Positions 51,088-59,507 of a stretch of 64,000 nucleotides of DNA are shown here, piece after piece. The position numbers were made by a program, and so were the translations under genes. Source of the stretch: Candidatus Bathyarchaeota archaeon (GTDB taxonomy: Archaea > Thermoproteota > Bathyarchaeia > Bathyarchaeales > Bathycorpusculaceae); the NCBI GenBank assembly GCA_963833575.1, contig CAWHXY010000004.1, positions 544,001 to 608,000 on the forward strand, read 5' to 3'. Position 1 is the first letter of the stretch. The number at the start of each line of letters is the position of its first letter. The notes under the pieces were generated by a model, which searched no databases, was not told where the DNA came from, and saw only the letters and a list, made by a program, of their open reading frames with translations.

Positions 51088-51123
51088 GTCATAACTTATG
51101 ACGCGCGTCATGATGGGTCATCA
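51088..51123. promoter_or_regulatory. Overlapping palindromes GTCATAACTTATGAC / ATGACGCGCGTCAT / TGATGGGTCATCA
   Basis: Located between two divergent regulators. Confidence 0.5.
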
Positions 51124-51177
51124 AACACAAAAAACCGATCGGAACAAACCATCATAATCATCGACCCGCCCTGACAC

Positions 51178-52146
51178 ATGTCAGGAAGAATAAGAAAAAT
51201 GGGCAATGTCCTAATACCAACACGAAAAACAGAAAACAAACGCGATTTAATTGGAATGCTTAAGACACTTGACTCTGAATGCATAAACTGTGCTCCAATA
51301 TCACCGCTACAATGCATAAACCGATGCCAAGTATACAAGCTAAAAAACGAACTTAGAAAACTTCGAGAAACCATGGATAATCCAAACTATATAAAAGAAC
51401 TTTTCAATGTTCTCAAAAACGAGACAAGGTTTCACATTTTGCAGGCAATCGTAAATGGTAGATATTCAGTAAGCCAATTACAACAAGAACTAAAAAAAAC
51501 AGGACATAGTCACAGTCAAGATACTATAAGTGAAGAATACTTGAGTCCCTTAATGTCAGTAGGGCTCGCCACTGAAATAAGAGAGGAGTATTACGCAACC
51601 TCTTTTGGCGGCCGCTTAACTGAATTATTAGGAGTATTTCCCGAATTTGTAGAAATGCTACCTGCCCACTCCGAATGTTATGAAGAAATGCTCTTACAAT
51701 CCTTGCTTGATGGACCAAAAACATTTGAAGAAATTGAAACTCTCATCTCCCCAAAAATTGCTTCACGAATTCTCAAACGTTTACGCTCAGTCAGCTTAAT
51801 AGAAACCCCAACGGAAAGAGACTACATATTTTTCTTTAAGTCAAAACGAGACATTAACAAAGAATCTTTGACAACAACAGAACGAAAAATCTATGAAGCA
51901 ATAGCAGACGAAGGAATCCCCGCTGGAAAACTCTCCAAAGAAACGGGACTTTCTATGAGAAGAACATACAAATACCTGAGAGGTTTGAAAGGGAAAAAAT
52001 TAGTTTTTATAAGAAAAACGCCGAAAGCTTACGGCTTAACTTGCAAAGGCGAAATGTTAGCTTCCATGCTAAAGGGACTTCAGCAAATAGTGGAAGAAAC
52101 GTGGAGTTCTTCAGAACAAGTCATGAACGAAAACGCTAACTCTTAA
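51178..52146 (+). CDS. Multi-wHTH protein with N-terminal four-Cys cluster
   Basis: CINC-x7-CINRC followed by three wHTH-like segments. Confidence 0.7.
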   Translation: MSGRIRKMGNVLIPTRKTENKRDLIGMLKTLDSECINCAPISPLQCINRCQVYKLKNELRKLRETMDNPNYIKELFNVLKNETRFHILQAIVNGRYSVSQLQQELKKTGHSHSQDTISEEYLSPLMSVGLATEIREEYYATSFGGRLTELLGVFPEFVEMLPAHSECYEEMLLQSLLDGPKTFEEIETLISPKIASRILKRLRSVSLIETPTERDYIFFFKSKRDINKESLTTTERKIYEAIADEGIPAGKLSKETGLSMRRTYKYLRGLKGKKLVFIRKTPKAYGLTCKGEMLASMLKGLQQIVEETWSSSEQVMNENANS

Positions 52147-52173
52147 CCTACGTTAATCTTGTCCTTTTTTTGT

Positions 52174-52671
52174 TTATCCTCCACCAGGAGCTCCGTGGAA
52201 GGGTGCATTTTCCCAAAGAAGTTTCCACCAATCATCTTCAGTTATCGTTTCCCCTTTAACAATTATTTCCAAAACCATTTTTAGCATTTCATGATGCCTT
52301 TTTTCATCAGCCAAAATTGAATTTAATAGAAACACAACTTTTTTGTCGTCAATGGTGGGAATAATTGCTTCAAGTTTAATTATTAATTTAGATTCTATTT
52401 CAATGTGCTTTTCAATAAGAACTCTTTGTTCATCAAGATGCTCCTGAGACAACGCGGTAGACGAAGTAGTCAACAAGGTAATTGCTGACATGTAAAGCTC
52501 AGCATGCTTTATGGAATCCAACGAAACGCCTTTCAGAACCCCCTTGACCGCCGGATTCTTCATTTTACGTAATGGCTCTGCAAGAGAAGCAACTATCTCT
52601 TTTTCAACTGTCACTTGGTTTTTCAAAAACTCAAGGAGATCTTTGTCTGTTTTTGCCATAATTTCTCCCAT
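52174..52671 (-). CDS. Ferritin-like diiron protein
   Basis: E...DSIKH and E...DEKRHH helix-bundle ligands. Confidence 0.8.
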   Translation of the reverse strand: MGEIMAKTDKDLLEFLKNQVTVEKEIVASLAEPLRKMKNPAVKGVLKGVSLDSIKHAELYMSAITLLTTSSTALSQEHLDEQRVLIEKHIEIESKLIIKLEAIIPTIDDKKVVFLLNSILADEKRHHEMLKMVLEIIVKGETITEDDWWKLLWENAPFHGAPGGG

Positions 52672-52808
52672 CCGCTTAATGTTAAATCTTATTCATCAAG
52701 CTTTCGGAAATTTTTTTTCACAATAATGCCAAGATCAAGATTATTTCAATATTTTGCTCGAGCCTTAATTAAGAAAGAAAACATTAAGGAAAAACCGATC
52801 ATGGATTT

Positions 52809-53069
52809 TTACTTGATTTGCTTTTTTCGTCGCACACTAATGCCACCTTTGGGTTTAGCGCTTCTACTTCCTTTACTTTCTCCACCTTTTCGCCCTATTT
52901 CCTTAAAGAATTCAGTTCCTCGTTCTTTAGCCACTTTTTCGCCACCTTTTCTGCCGATTTCCCTAAAAAATTCTGGACCACGCTCTCGAGCTACTTTTTG
53001 CCCACCTTTTCTGCCAGCTTCTTCACGGGTTAACTTTCTTCTTTGTTCACTTTCAACTGTCAAAATCAT
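52809..53069 (-). CDS. KGG/Em (GsiB/LEA_5-like) stress hydrophilin
   Basis: EAGRKGG, repeated G.EFF.EIGRKGG; SD GGAGGTGA. Confidence 0.88.
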   Translation of the reverse strand: MILTVESEQRRKLTREEAGRKGGQKVARERGPEFFREIGRKGGEKVAKERGTEFFKEIGRKGGESKGSRSAKPKGGISVRRKKQIK

Positions 53070-53227
53070 TCACCTCCAGTTTTCAATCAAGAAAAGTTAT
53101 TTTCTTAGCTTTTTAAGGACAGCTACGAATAAGCGATTTTAGCAAAAAGGTCACAAACTAAAGAAACAAGACAAGTCAGCTATCTCTTTCTGCGCCGAAA
53201 CAAAAAGAAACAAGAAAAACTCATCAG

Positions 53228-53494
53228 TTATTCTAATTTGCCTATCTCTTTGGTAATGTCAATCGGCGAAGTGTAAGTCTTATTTGGCAGCTTGTTTAAC
53301 AAGCCAATAACGTCATCAGGAGCGTCTTTGTTCTCAGCAGTATCTATTAATTTCTGCCTTTCTGCAGGAAAATGCATGCCAGCAAGATACTTTTCCACGA
53401 TCGCTGGACTTACATGCCCAGATTTTCCGCTTCTATTTGTATATTTACGTCTTGTTCCTCTAAGTCTAGTTACTTCAGTATCCTGTTTACTCGT
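53228..53494 (-). CDS. DUF2795-like protein (apparent ACG start)
   Basis: SPAIVEKYLAGMHFPA.R..LI..A....A...V..LL..LP.K.Y.SP.DI; SD GGAGGTGA 6 nt before ACG. Confidence 0.75.
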   Translation of the reverse strand, partial: TSKQDTEVTRLRGTRRKYTNRSGKSGHVSPAIVEKYLAGMHFPAERQKLIDTAENKDAPDDVIGLLNKLPNKTYTSPIDITKEIGKLE

Positions 53495-53565
53495 TACCTT
53501 TCACCTCCACAAAATATTAGGCTGTTAACTTAAACAAGAAAAATCTCTCATTTTCCCTAATCCTG

Positions 53566-53751
53566 CTATTCTTCTTCGAACTCTTTTCCTTCTTGAATGA
53601 GCTTACGAACTCTTCGCCCGCCTTTGCTTCCTATTTCACTGTAAAATTCTGGACCATGAGTCATAGCTGTTTTCTCTCCACCCATTCGACCAGCCTCAGC
53701 AACAGTCATCTTGCCTTTCCTATGAGTCTCACCCACCAAAATCACCTCCAA
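53566..53751 (-). CDS. KGG/Em stress hydrophilin
   Basis: KMTVAEAGRMGG...HGPEFYSEIGSKGG..VRKLIQEGK. Confidence 0.88.
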   Translation of the reverse strand: MEVILVGETHRKGKMTVAEAGRMGGEKTAMTHGPEFYSEIGSKGGRRVRKLIQEGKEFEEE

Positions 53752-53822
53752 AAAAATTCGTTATAACTATCTAACCTAACAATTTTCCTAACTTCTAGCC
53801 TGAAACATGACTCTTAAACATA

Positions 53823-53846
53823 TGTGGCTGTCTTTGCACAATAACA
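53823..53846 (-). promoter_or_regulatory. Operator TGTTATTGT-N6-ACAGCCACA upstream of TATA TTTAAG
   Basis: Shared with 54637-54660 and 4462-4485. Confidence 0.65.
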
Positions 53847-53971
53847 GAGGGCAGAGAACCTTTTGTTCAAAGAAAAATCTAAGTCAAACTAACAGCAAGA
53901 ATAGCAAAAGCCTAGAACATGGAAAATCATGAAATCCTTTTCAAATATCAAAATCAAGATTACAGCATTAC

Positions 53972-54160
53972 TTACCGTTCTTCGTATTCTTTTCCTTCTT
54001 GAATAAGCTTATGGGCCCTCTGTCCGCCCTTTGGTCCGCCGATTTTTCCACCTTTGCGACCAATTTCACTGTAAAATTCTTCTCCATGCATCTCAGCAGT
54101 TCTTAAGCCGCCCTTTCTTCCAGCTTCTGCAACAGTCATCTGACCTTTTTTCTCTGACAA
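53972..54160 (-). CDS. KGG/Em stress hydrophilin
   Basis: MTVAEAGRKGG...EFYSEIGRKGG...KGG..KLIQEGK. Confidence 0.88.
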   Translation of the reverse strand: MSEKKGQMTVAEAGRKGGLRTAEMHGEEFYSEIGRKGGKIGGPKGGQRAHKLIQEGKEYEER

Positions 54161-54246
54161 AGTATTTCACCTCCATTAAAAAAAAGAACTCTAAAGTTAA
54201 ATTAACATAAATTTTGAATCGAGCAAAATAGGGCAGAAAGAAGATT

Positions 54247-54564
54247 TTATTCTGCTTCGCGCTCTTTACCTTCTTGAATCAGTTTTCGGACTCTTTGTCC
54301 ACCTCGGTGACCTGCTTCTTCAAGGCTTGTTTTCCCTGCAGCTGCAGTAGTGCCTTCATGTTGCTTAGCTCTCTCAGAACCACCTTTGCTTCCAATCTCA
54401 CTGTAAAATTCAGGTCCACGTTCTTGAGAAACCTTTTCGCCGCCTTTGCGACCTATTTCTTCGTAAAATTCGCGACCGTGTGTTGCCGCGGTTTTTTCGC
54501 CGCCTTTCCTTCCTGCCTCAGCAACAGTCATCTTGCCTTTTCTATTTTCATCACGCATACTCAA
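54247..54564 (-). CDS. KGG/Em stress hydrophilin
   Basis: Four KGG-type repeats, C-terminal VRKLIQEGK. Confidence 0.88.
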   Translation of the reverse strand: MSMRDENRKGKMTVAEAGRKGGEKTAATHGREFYEEIGRKGGEKVSQERGPEFYSEIGSKGGSERAKQHEGTTAAAGKTSLEEAGHRGGQRVRKLIQEGKEREAE

Positions 54565-54636
54565 AACTCATTCACCTCCCATTGTAGTGCGGAAAACTAA
54601 ACATGATTAGAAGCCAAATAACCCCTCATAAACTTA

Positions 54637-54660
54637 TGTGGTTGTAGCCTAACAGTAACA
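54637..54660 (-). promoter_or_regulatory. Operator TGTTACTGT-N6-ACAACCACA upstream of TATA TTTATG
   Basis: Shared with 53823-53846 and 4462-4485. Confidence 0.65.
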
Positions 54661-54800
54661 TGGTAACTAAACATCTAAAAGGAGTCTCGAAATGAAACAG
54701 ATAAACAAACAGGTAATACATCGGAAAATAAAGATTAATCAACAGTATAAGTTAACTTAAATATCCGGAATTTGTCAACATAAATCGTTAGGTAACTTGA

Positions 54801-56279
54801 ATGAAAGTGCTTCTTGTTAATCCGCCTCAAACATTTTATCCAGGCTCAGAACAGCCGGCAGGAAATATTCCTTTGGGCTTGATGTACATTGGGGCGGTTC
54901 TTGAAGGAGCAGGTTACAAATCTGAAATATTGGATGCGTTCATGGCTGATTGTTTGTTCCAAAAAAAAGGCGAAACCATCAACGTTGGAATGCCGTTTGA
55001 TCAAATACTACAAGAAATTCGCATTCGCAAACCCGACATTGTCGGCATAGCAGGACCATTTTCGAGTCAAATAGAAAATTCAGTTAAAATAAGCGAGTTA
55101 GCCAAACAAGTTAACCCAAGTATTTTAACAGTTGTAGGCGGTCCCCACGTCACTACGGTACCGAAAGAGTTTCTTGAAGAAGCAAAAAATGTTGACGTCG
55201 CTGTAATGGGAGAAGGAGAATACGCCATGCTTGACATAGCCAAGTTTTTTGAAGGCAAAAAAGAGCTGCATGAAATTCTTGGAGTCGCCTACCGTCAAAA
55301 TGGAAAAGTGATGATAAATTCTCCCAGACCCTTCATCAGAAACTTAGATGAACTTCCATACCCTGCCTACGACTTAATCGATATGGAGAAGTATTTAACT
55401 AACAAAAAAATAGGGTACCGCAGCTTCAGAAACAGAGCAATATCGATGGTAACAAGCAGAGGATGCCCCTTTAACTGCTGTTTTTGTTCCGTTCATCTAC
55501 ATATGGGCAAGGAGTTTAGAGCCCACTCTGCAAGGTACGTTTTAAAACACATCGATTATGTTGTGGAAAAATTCAATGTCCAGAACATTTTTTTTGAGGA
55601 CGACAATCTTACCTTTGACTTAAGCAGGTTTGAAGCAATCTGTGACGGATTAATTGAGAAGAAAATTAAGATTGGTTGGGAAACACCAAACGGCGTTAGA
55701 GCAGACCGCTTAAACTTAAAGTTGCTTCAAAAAATGAAAAAATCAGGCGCCCAAAGCGTATTTTTCGGTGTAGAATCAGGCGACCAGCAAATCTTGAACA
55801 ATGTAATTTACAAGAGCCTAGACTTGGACCGAGTTGTGGAGGTCGCAAAAATTTGCAAGGACATTAAATTAAAAACCGGCGCATTTTACATTATCGGTTT
55901 TCCAGGCGAAACCAAAGAGAACATGCAGAAAACCGTTGATTTTGCTTTAAAGCTTAAACGGGATTTTGATGTTGGAATGCATCTGTTCATCGCTACTCCG
56001 TCATACGGGACGAGATTGTATGACGAATGTAAAGCTAAGGGTTACATTCGAGAAGATTTGAGTTGGAATTCTTTTGCTGAAGCACGTCAACCCAAAGGTA
56101 TGCCTCTGATTTCGACTGAAGACTTTTCCCCTCAAGAAGTCAAAGAGATAGCTGCTAAAGCGCTTGAGGAGTACAAAAAACTATCTTTATTGAACCATAT
56201 TAAAAATCCGAAAAAAGCGTTAAAGACAGCATTTGATCAACCACAACTAATTTTGAAATACATCAAAAACTTGTTATAG
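54801..56279 (+). CDS. B12-binding radical SAM protein
   Basis: PLGLMYI, VGGPH, TSRGCPFNCCFC, FEDD, GVESG, IGFPGET. Confidence 0.93.
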   Translation: MKVLLVNPPQTFYPGSEQPAGNIPLGLMYIGAVLEGAGYKSEILDAFMADCLFQKKGETINVGMPFDQILQEIRIRKPDIVGIAGPFSSQIENSVKISELAKQVNPSILTVVGGPHVTTVPKEFLEEAKNVDVAVMGEGEYAMLDIAKFFEGKKELHEILGVAYRQNGKVMINSPRPFIRNLDELPYPAYDLIDMEKYLTNKKIGYRSFRNRAISMVTSRGCPFNCCFCSVHLHMGKEFRAHSARYVLKHIDYVVEKFNVQNIFFEDDNLTFDLSRFEAICDGLIEKKIKIGWETPNGVRADRLNLKLLQKMKKSGAQSVFFGVESGDQQILNNVIYKSLDLDRVVEVAKICKDIKLKTGAFYIIGFPGETKENMQKTVDFALKLKRDFDVGMHLFIATPSYGTRLYDECKAKGYIREDLSWNSFAEARQPKGMPLISTEDFSPQEVKEIAAKALEEYKKLSLLNHIKNPKKALKTAFDQPQLILKYIKNLL

Positions 56280-56328
56280 GCAAGGAGTGCGGCAAAATTT
56301 TGGAGTATTCAGGCAACTCCAAACATTG

Positions 56329-56474
56329 GAAGAAGAAGAAAACTTGCGGTGTGCACACTTCTTCTTCTTTGCAAGCTTAGAAGAAGGAGGACAATCGCAG
56401 GGAGCACCGTCCTCCTTCTTCTTTCAAGAGAAGAACAACAACAGTTGCCCGTAGCACCGGGTTGTTGTTCGTCT
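56329..56474. repeat. Three tandem ~50-nt hairpin units with covarying stems
   Basis: GAAGAAGAAG/CTTCTTCTTC, AGAAGAAGGAGGAC/GTCCTCCTTCTTCT, AGAAGAACAACAAC/GTTGTTGTTCGTCT; loops share GC-N5-GCAC. Confidence 0.8.
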
Positions 56475-56552
56475 TTAGATAAAAGCCCAATCGAAAAATT
56501 TAGGATAACTTGCATTTTTTGCCATACCAATTAGTTTGAAGCGGAACTGCTG

Positions 56553-56580
56553 GGATTCGCCTAAAAGTTTAATCGAATCT
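56553..56580. repeat. 11-6-11 inverted-repeat site 1 (att/dif-like)
   Basis: GGATTCGCCTA-AAAGTT-TAATCGAATCT, preceded by degenerate GCGGAACTGCTG. Confidence 0.55.
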
Positions 56581-56782
56581 TTTCTCAGAATAGCAATCAA
56601 TACGGCGGCGATCATATCTTAATTACGATGCGAATATTTATAGTCGAAGTTTACCTATCTTAGTCTGCGGAATGGAGCCGCATTGTGTAACTGGAAAGAA
56701 GGGAGACTACCAAACTCGAAGATCCCGAGAAATGGGTCTTTGCTTCTGAGCCATTCTGTATTTGTGTGCAGGTTGAAGAATT

Positions 56783-57682
56783 ATGACTGAAGGATTAAAC
56801 ACTATTATGAACAGGCCATTTGAAGTAGATAACTCAGAATACCCGTTCAAAGACAACTGGCTATCTTATCGTGATGGGTATATTCATTATCTTGATGAGG
56901 GAAAAGGACCTACTCTTCTGCTTCTTCACGGAAATCCCACGTGGTCATATATTTACAGAAATATCATCAAGGAATTGCGAGGAGAATGTCGCTTAATCGC
57001 TTTGGATTATCCGGGATTCGGGATGTCAAAAGCACCTTCCCAATATGGGTTTACACCCCAAGAATAGTCAGAGGTGGTCCTCGAATTGATCCGTCGCTTG
57101 GAATTAAAGAGCATCGTCCTTGTGGTTCAAGATTGGGGTGGACCTATCGGTATGAACTATGCAGTTCAGAACAGATCAAACCTTCGCGGACTTGTGGTAA
57201 TGAACACTTGGGCATGGCCCGCATCCTTTCTTCAAAGACTATTCTCCCTTGTTATGGGAGGATGGCCCATAGGGTACTGGCTTCAAACACACAGAAATTA
57301 CTTTGCAAAAGCAATGTTACCCGATGGGATTTTCCACAAAGAAAAGGTTACGCCTAGTTTGAGAAAAGCCTATACTGACCCATTTCCGACGGTGAACTCA
57401 AGGAAACCCACCTATATTTTCCCGGGGCAGATCCGAAAAGCGCATGCGTGGCTGGGAAAGATTGAGTCAAAACTCCCGATTCTGGGGGACCTGCCAGCAC
57501 AAATTCTCTGGGGAAATAAGAACGACCCCGGTTTCGGACCTAAAGAACTGGAAAAGTGGCAAGGATTTCTAAAGATGCATGAAACTGAGACCATTGATGA
57601 TGCTTCACACTCTGTTCAAGAGGATCGACCTGATCGGGTTGTCGCGGCTATCCGAAGAGTTCTTGAGAGAACGCACGGCTAG
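56783..57682 (+). pseudogene. Haloalkane-dehalogenase-like alpha/beta hydrolase interrupted by in-frame TAG (57065-57067)
   Basis: LHGNPTWS, DYPGFGMS, VQDWGG, NTW, H..QED; both halves in the same frame. Confidence 0.85.
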
Positions 57683-57902
57683 GTCTTATTAAAGTAGTTT
57701 GAAATGTCTCATAGCTAAGGGCACTTCTTACCGAGGTCCAGCGCACTCAATCTTCTCCAGAATCTCCCACAATTGCCGACTCCTTGACACAATATTTAGC
57801 AAACGCTAAAACTCTTTTTAATGAAAGAAATGCGAAGCAATAAAGTGAACTCTTCTAGAATGACTAATGCGCGCACTTCGTCTCGTTCAAGCTTGTATTA
57901 TG

Positions 57903-57930
57903 GGATTCGTTTAATAAAATAGGCAAATCC
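57903..57930. repeat. 11-6-11 inverted-repeat site 2
   Basis: GGATTCGTTTA-ATAAAA-TAGGCAAATCC. Confidence 0.55.
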
Positions 57931-57957
57931 TAAATTTTCCTTGGAAAAAAGTTAAGA

Positions 57958-57996
57958 CGGGCCCGCTGGGACTCGCTTAATTATTTAAGCGAATCC
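57958..57996. repeat. 11-6-11 inverted-repeat site 3 fused to tRNA 3'-end-like sequence
   Basis: GGACTCGCTTA-ATTATT-TAAGCGAATCC; minus strand reads ...GAGTCCCAGCGGGCCCG (T-stem plus acceptor 3' strand). Confidence 0.65.
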
Positions 57997-58320
57997 TAAG
58001 TAATAAGAACAAAACTTTCTTCGTAACAAGTGAACTGTGGGGATTTGAGCCTCTGCCAGAGTGGAGATATCAACCTAAGACCCAAAATTTTGTTGGCTTT
58101 ATGTCAAACTTCTGAAATACAAATTAAAATGAATGACTACCTTGCGCGCGCCACCTTTACTGCTAGCCAGCAAGCACGTGAGACACGGAAAGAAGGAATA
58201 GATTTCGAGTGGCAATTGTTGAGCGATCATAAGTTAATTGACGTTTTACTTAACTTTTCAGAAAGAAAAATGGGGTGATTGCTGTTTTCTCTATTCAGCC
58301 TTGTTCACATAGCCATGTTG

Positions 58321-58950
58321 TTAAGTGAACCAGTACGTGTAAGTTTCCTCATTAACGGAATACAAAGGTGCTCCGGTGATCGGATTACTTACGGTTACTC
58401 CCACAGACGACTCCGTTATCATATATATTCCTCTAAGCGTCCCGCTCGTACCGAACTGCGTTGCAACAGCCGAAGTTTGTAATCCGAAGAGCATGTCTCC
58501 ATGATGTACCGTTATTCCATAGGCTGTAATGTCAGGTCCATTATAGGTGAACAAGCCAAGTCCATTAAATTTAACGAATACGATGCCATGAGTAACTCCT
58601 GCTCCTGGATAGGTCCATACACTCGGCGAAACATCGGATCCAGTGAGTGTCTCTAAATTAAGTGTAATATAGTTTGTTTCTGTGTTTGTGGTTACTCCCC
58701 CTCCCCATGGTGCTCCAAATTCCGTCCATTTTCCAGTTGCTCCCGTTTGATGCATAACATTATTACTGTCCACATAGGAGGTCCCAGGACTGGTACCAAC
58801 GCCAATTCCATACCAAGTGAAAGAGCCATGTTTTGGCGTTTGTGTACATGCCATAGCTGGTGCAGATGCAACAAACACCATAAGCAAAGCAATAGAGAAA
58901 ACTAAAATCATAGTTCTTTTTATTTTCATCTTTTTCACCTCCACTGACAT
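58321..58950 (-). CDS. Secreted beta-rich hypothetical protein
   Basis: KKMKIKR-hydrophobic-APAMA signal peptide; Thr/Gly-rich; SD GGAGGTGA. Confidence 0.75.
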   Translation of the reverse strand: MSVEVKKMKIKRTMILVFSIALLMVFVASAPAMACTQTPKHGSFTWYGIGVGTSPGTSYVDSNNVMHQTGATGKWTEFGAPWGGGVTTNTETNYITLNLETLTGSDVSPSVWTYPGAGVTHGIVFVKFNGLGLFTYNGPDITAYGITVHHGDMLFGLQTSAVATQFGTSGTLRGIYMITESSVGVTVSNPITGAPLYSVNEETYTYWFT

Positions 58951-59138
58951 CTTTGTCTTGTTCTGTGTCTAGAAAAATAATTAATCATTTTTCTAGTAGT
59001 AAATCACTTCATAATTCGTTAAAAACCAAAAATATTAGATTATTACGACAACCACTGTCGAATGAACACATTTACGTCATTAAACAGTCTATTGCGTTAA
59101 ATAATAGTTGGTTTTACTGAATAGAGTGCAAAATAATC

Positions 59139-59507
59139 TTATTGATTTTTCTTGTTCATTATTCTGTTATCAATAATGCGTTTTATTGTTTCTTTTTCGT
59201 AGGCAACTCTTAGTTTTAAGATTTTGCCGCCCCGACCCCTTTCACCTGGAAAGAATCGAGCTTCAACTAGACCCCGACTCTCCAATTCAATCAACGCCTT
59301 TCCCCTGCGTCCTCCATAGCCATACATACTGGACCTTGACAACCTTCCTTCATTAATAATATTCATTAAAGATCTCCAACCAGCTTTTTCCTGTGCAATT
59401 CTACGTTGCATATAATCTTCGACAAAAGCTCTTACAAGACAGTCAAAGGCTTTCTGGGCAACTTCAGATTTGAACTCAAATCTATCGAATATGACCGAGG
59501 TGACCAT
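59139..59507 (-). CDS. Duplicated C-terminal wHTH segment of the STAND gene (carries the original stop)
   Basis: Nucleotide-identical to the 3' end of 59611-62847. Confidence 0.5.
   Translation of the reverse strand: MVTSVIFDRFEFKSEVAQKAFDCLVRAFVEDYMQRRIAQEKAGWRSLMNIINEGRLSRSSMYGYGGRRGKALIELESRGLVEARFFPGERGRGGKILKLRVAYEKETIKRIIDNRIMNKKNQ

Noticed and set aside
52615-54600. Plus-strand ORFs rich in PPF/F/S
   Set aside because: Antisense shadows of the KGG repeats
56329-56474. CRISPR array or protein-coding ORFs (56309-56530 minus, 56349-56534 plus)
   Set aside because: No identical repeats with 30-40-nt spacers and no cas genes; the translations are poly-L/R/C by-products of the hairpin arms
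57958-58060. Complete tRNA gene
   Set aside because: Only a 3' fragment (and a degenerate GGGGATTTGAGCC at ~58039) is visible; no D-arm, anticodon arm or 5' acceptor strand could be folded
58030-58278. 82-aa ORF with faint resemblance to a restriction-endonuclease C-terminus
   Set aside because: Similarity too weak to call; no catalytic motif
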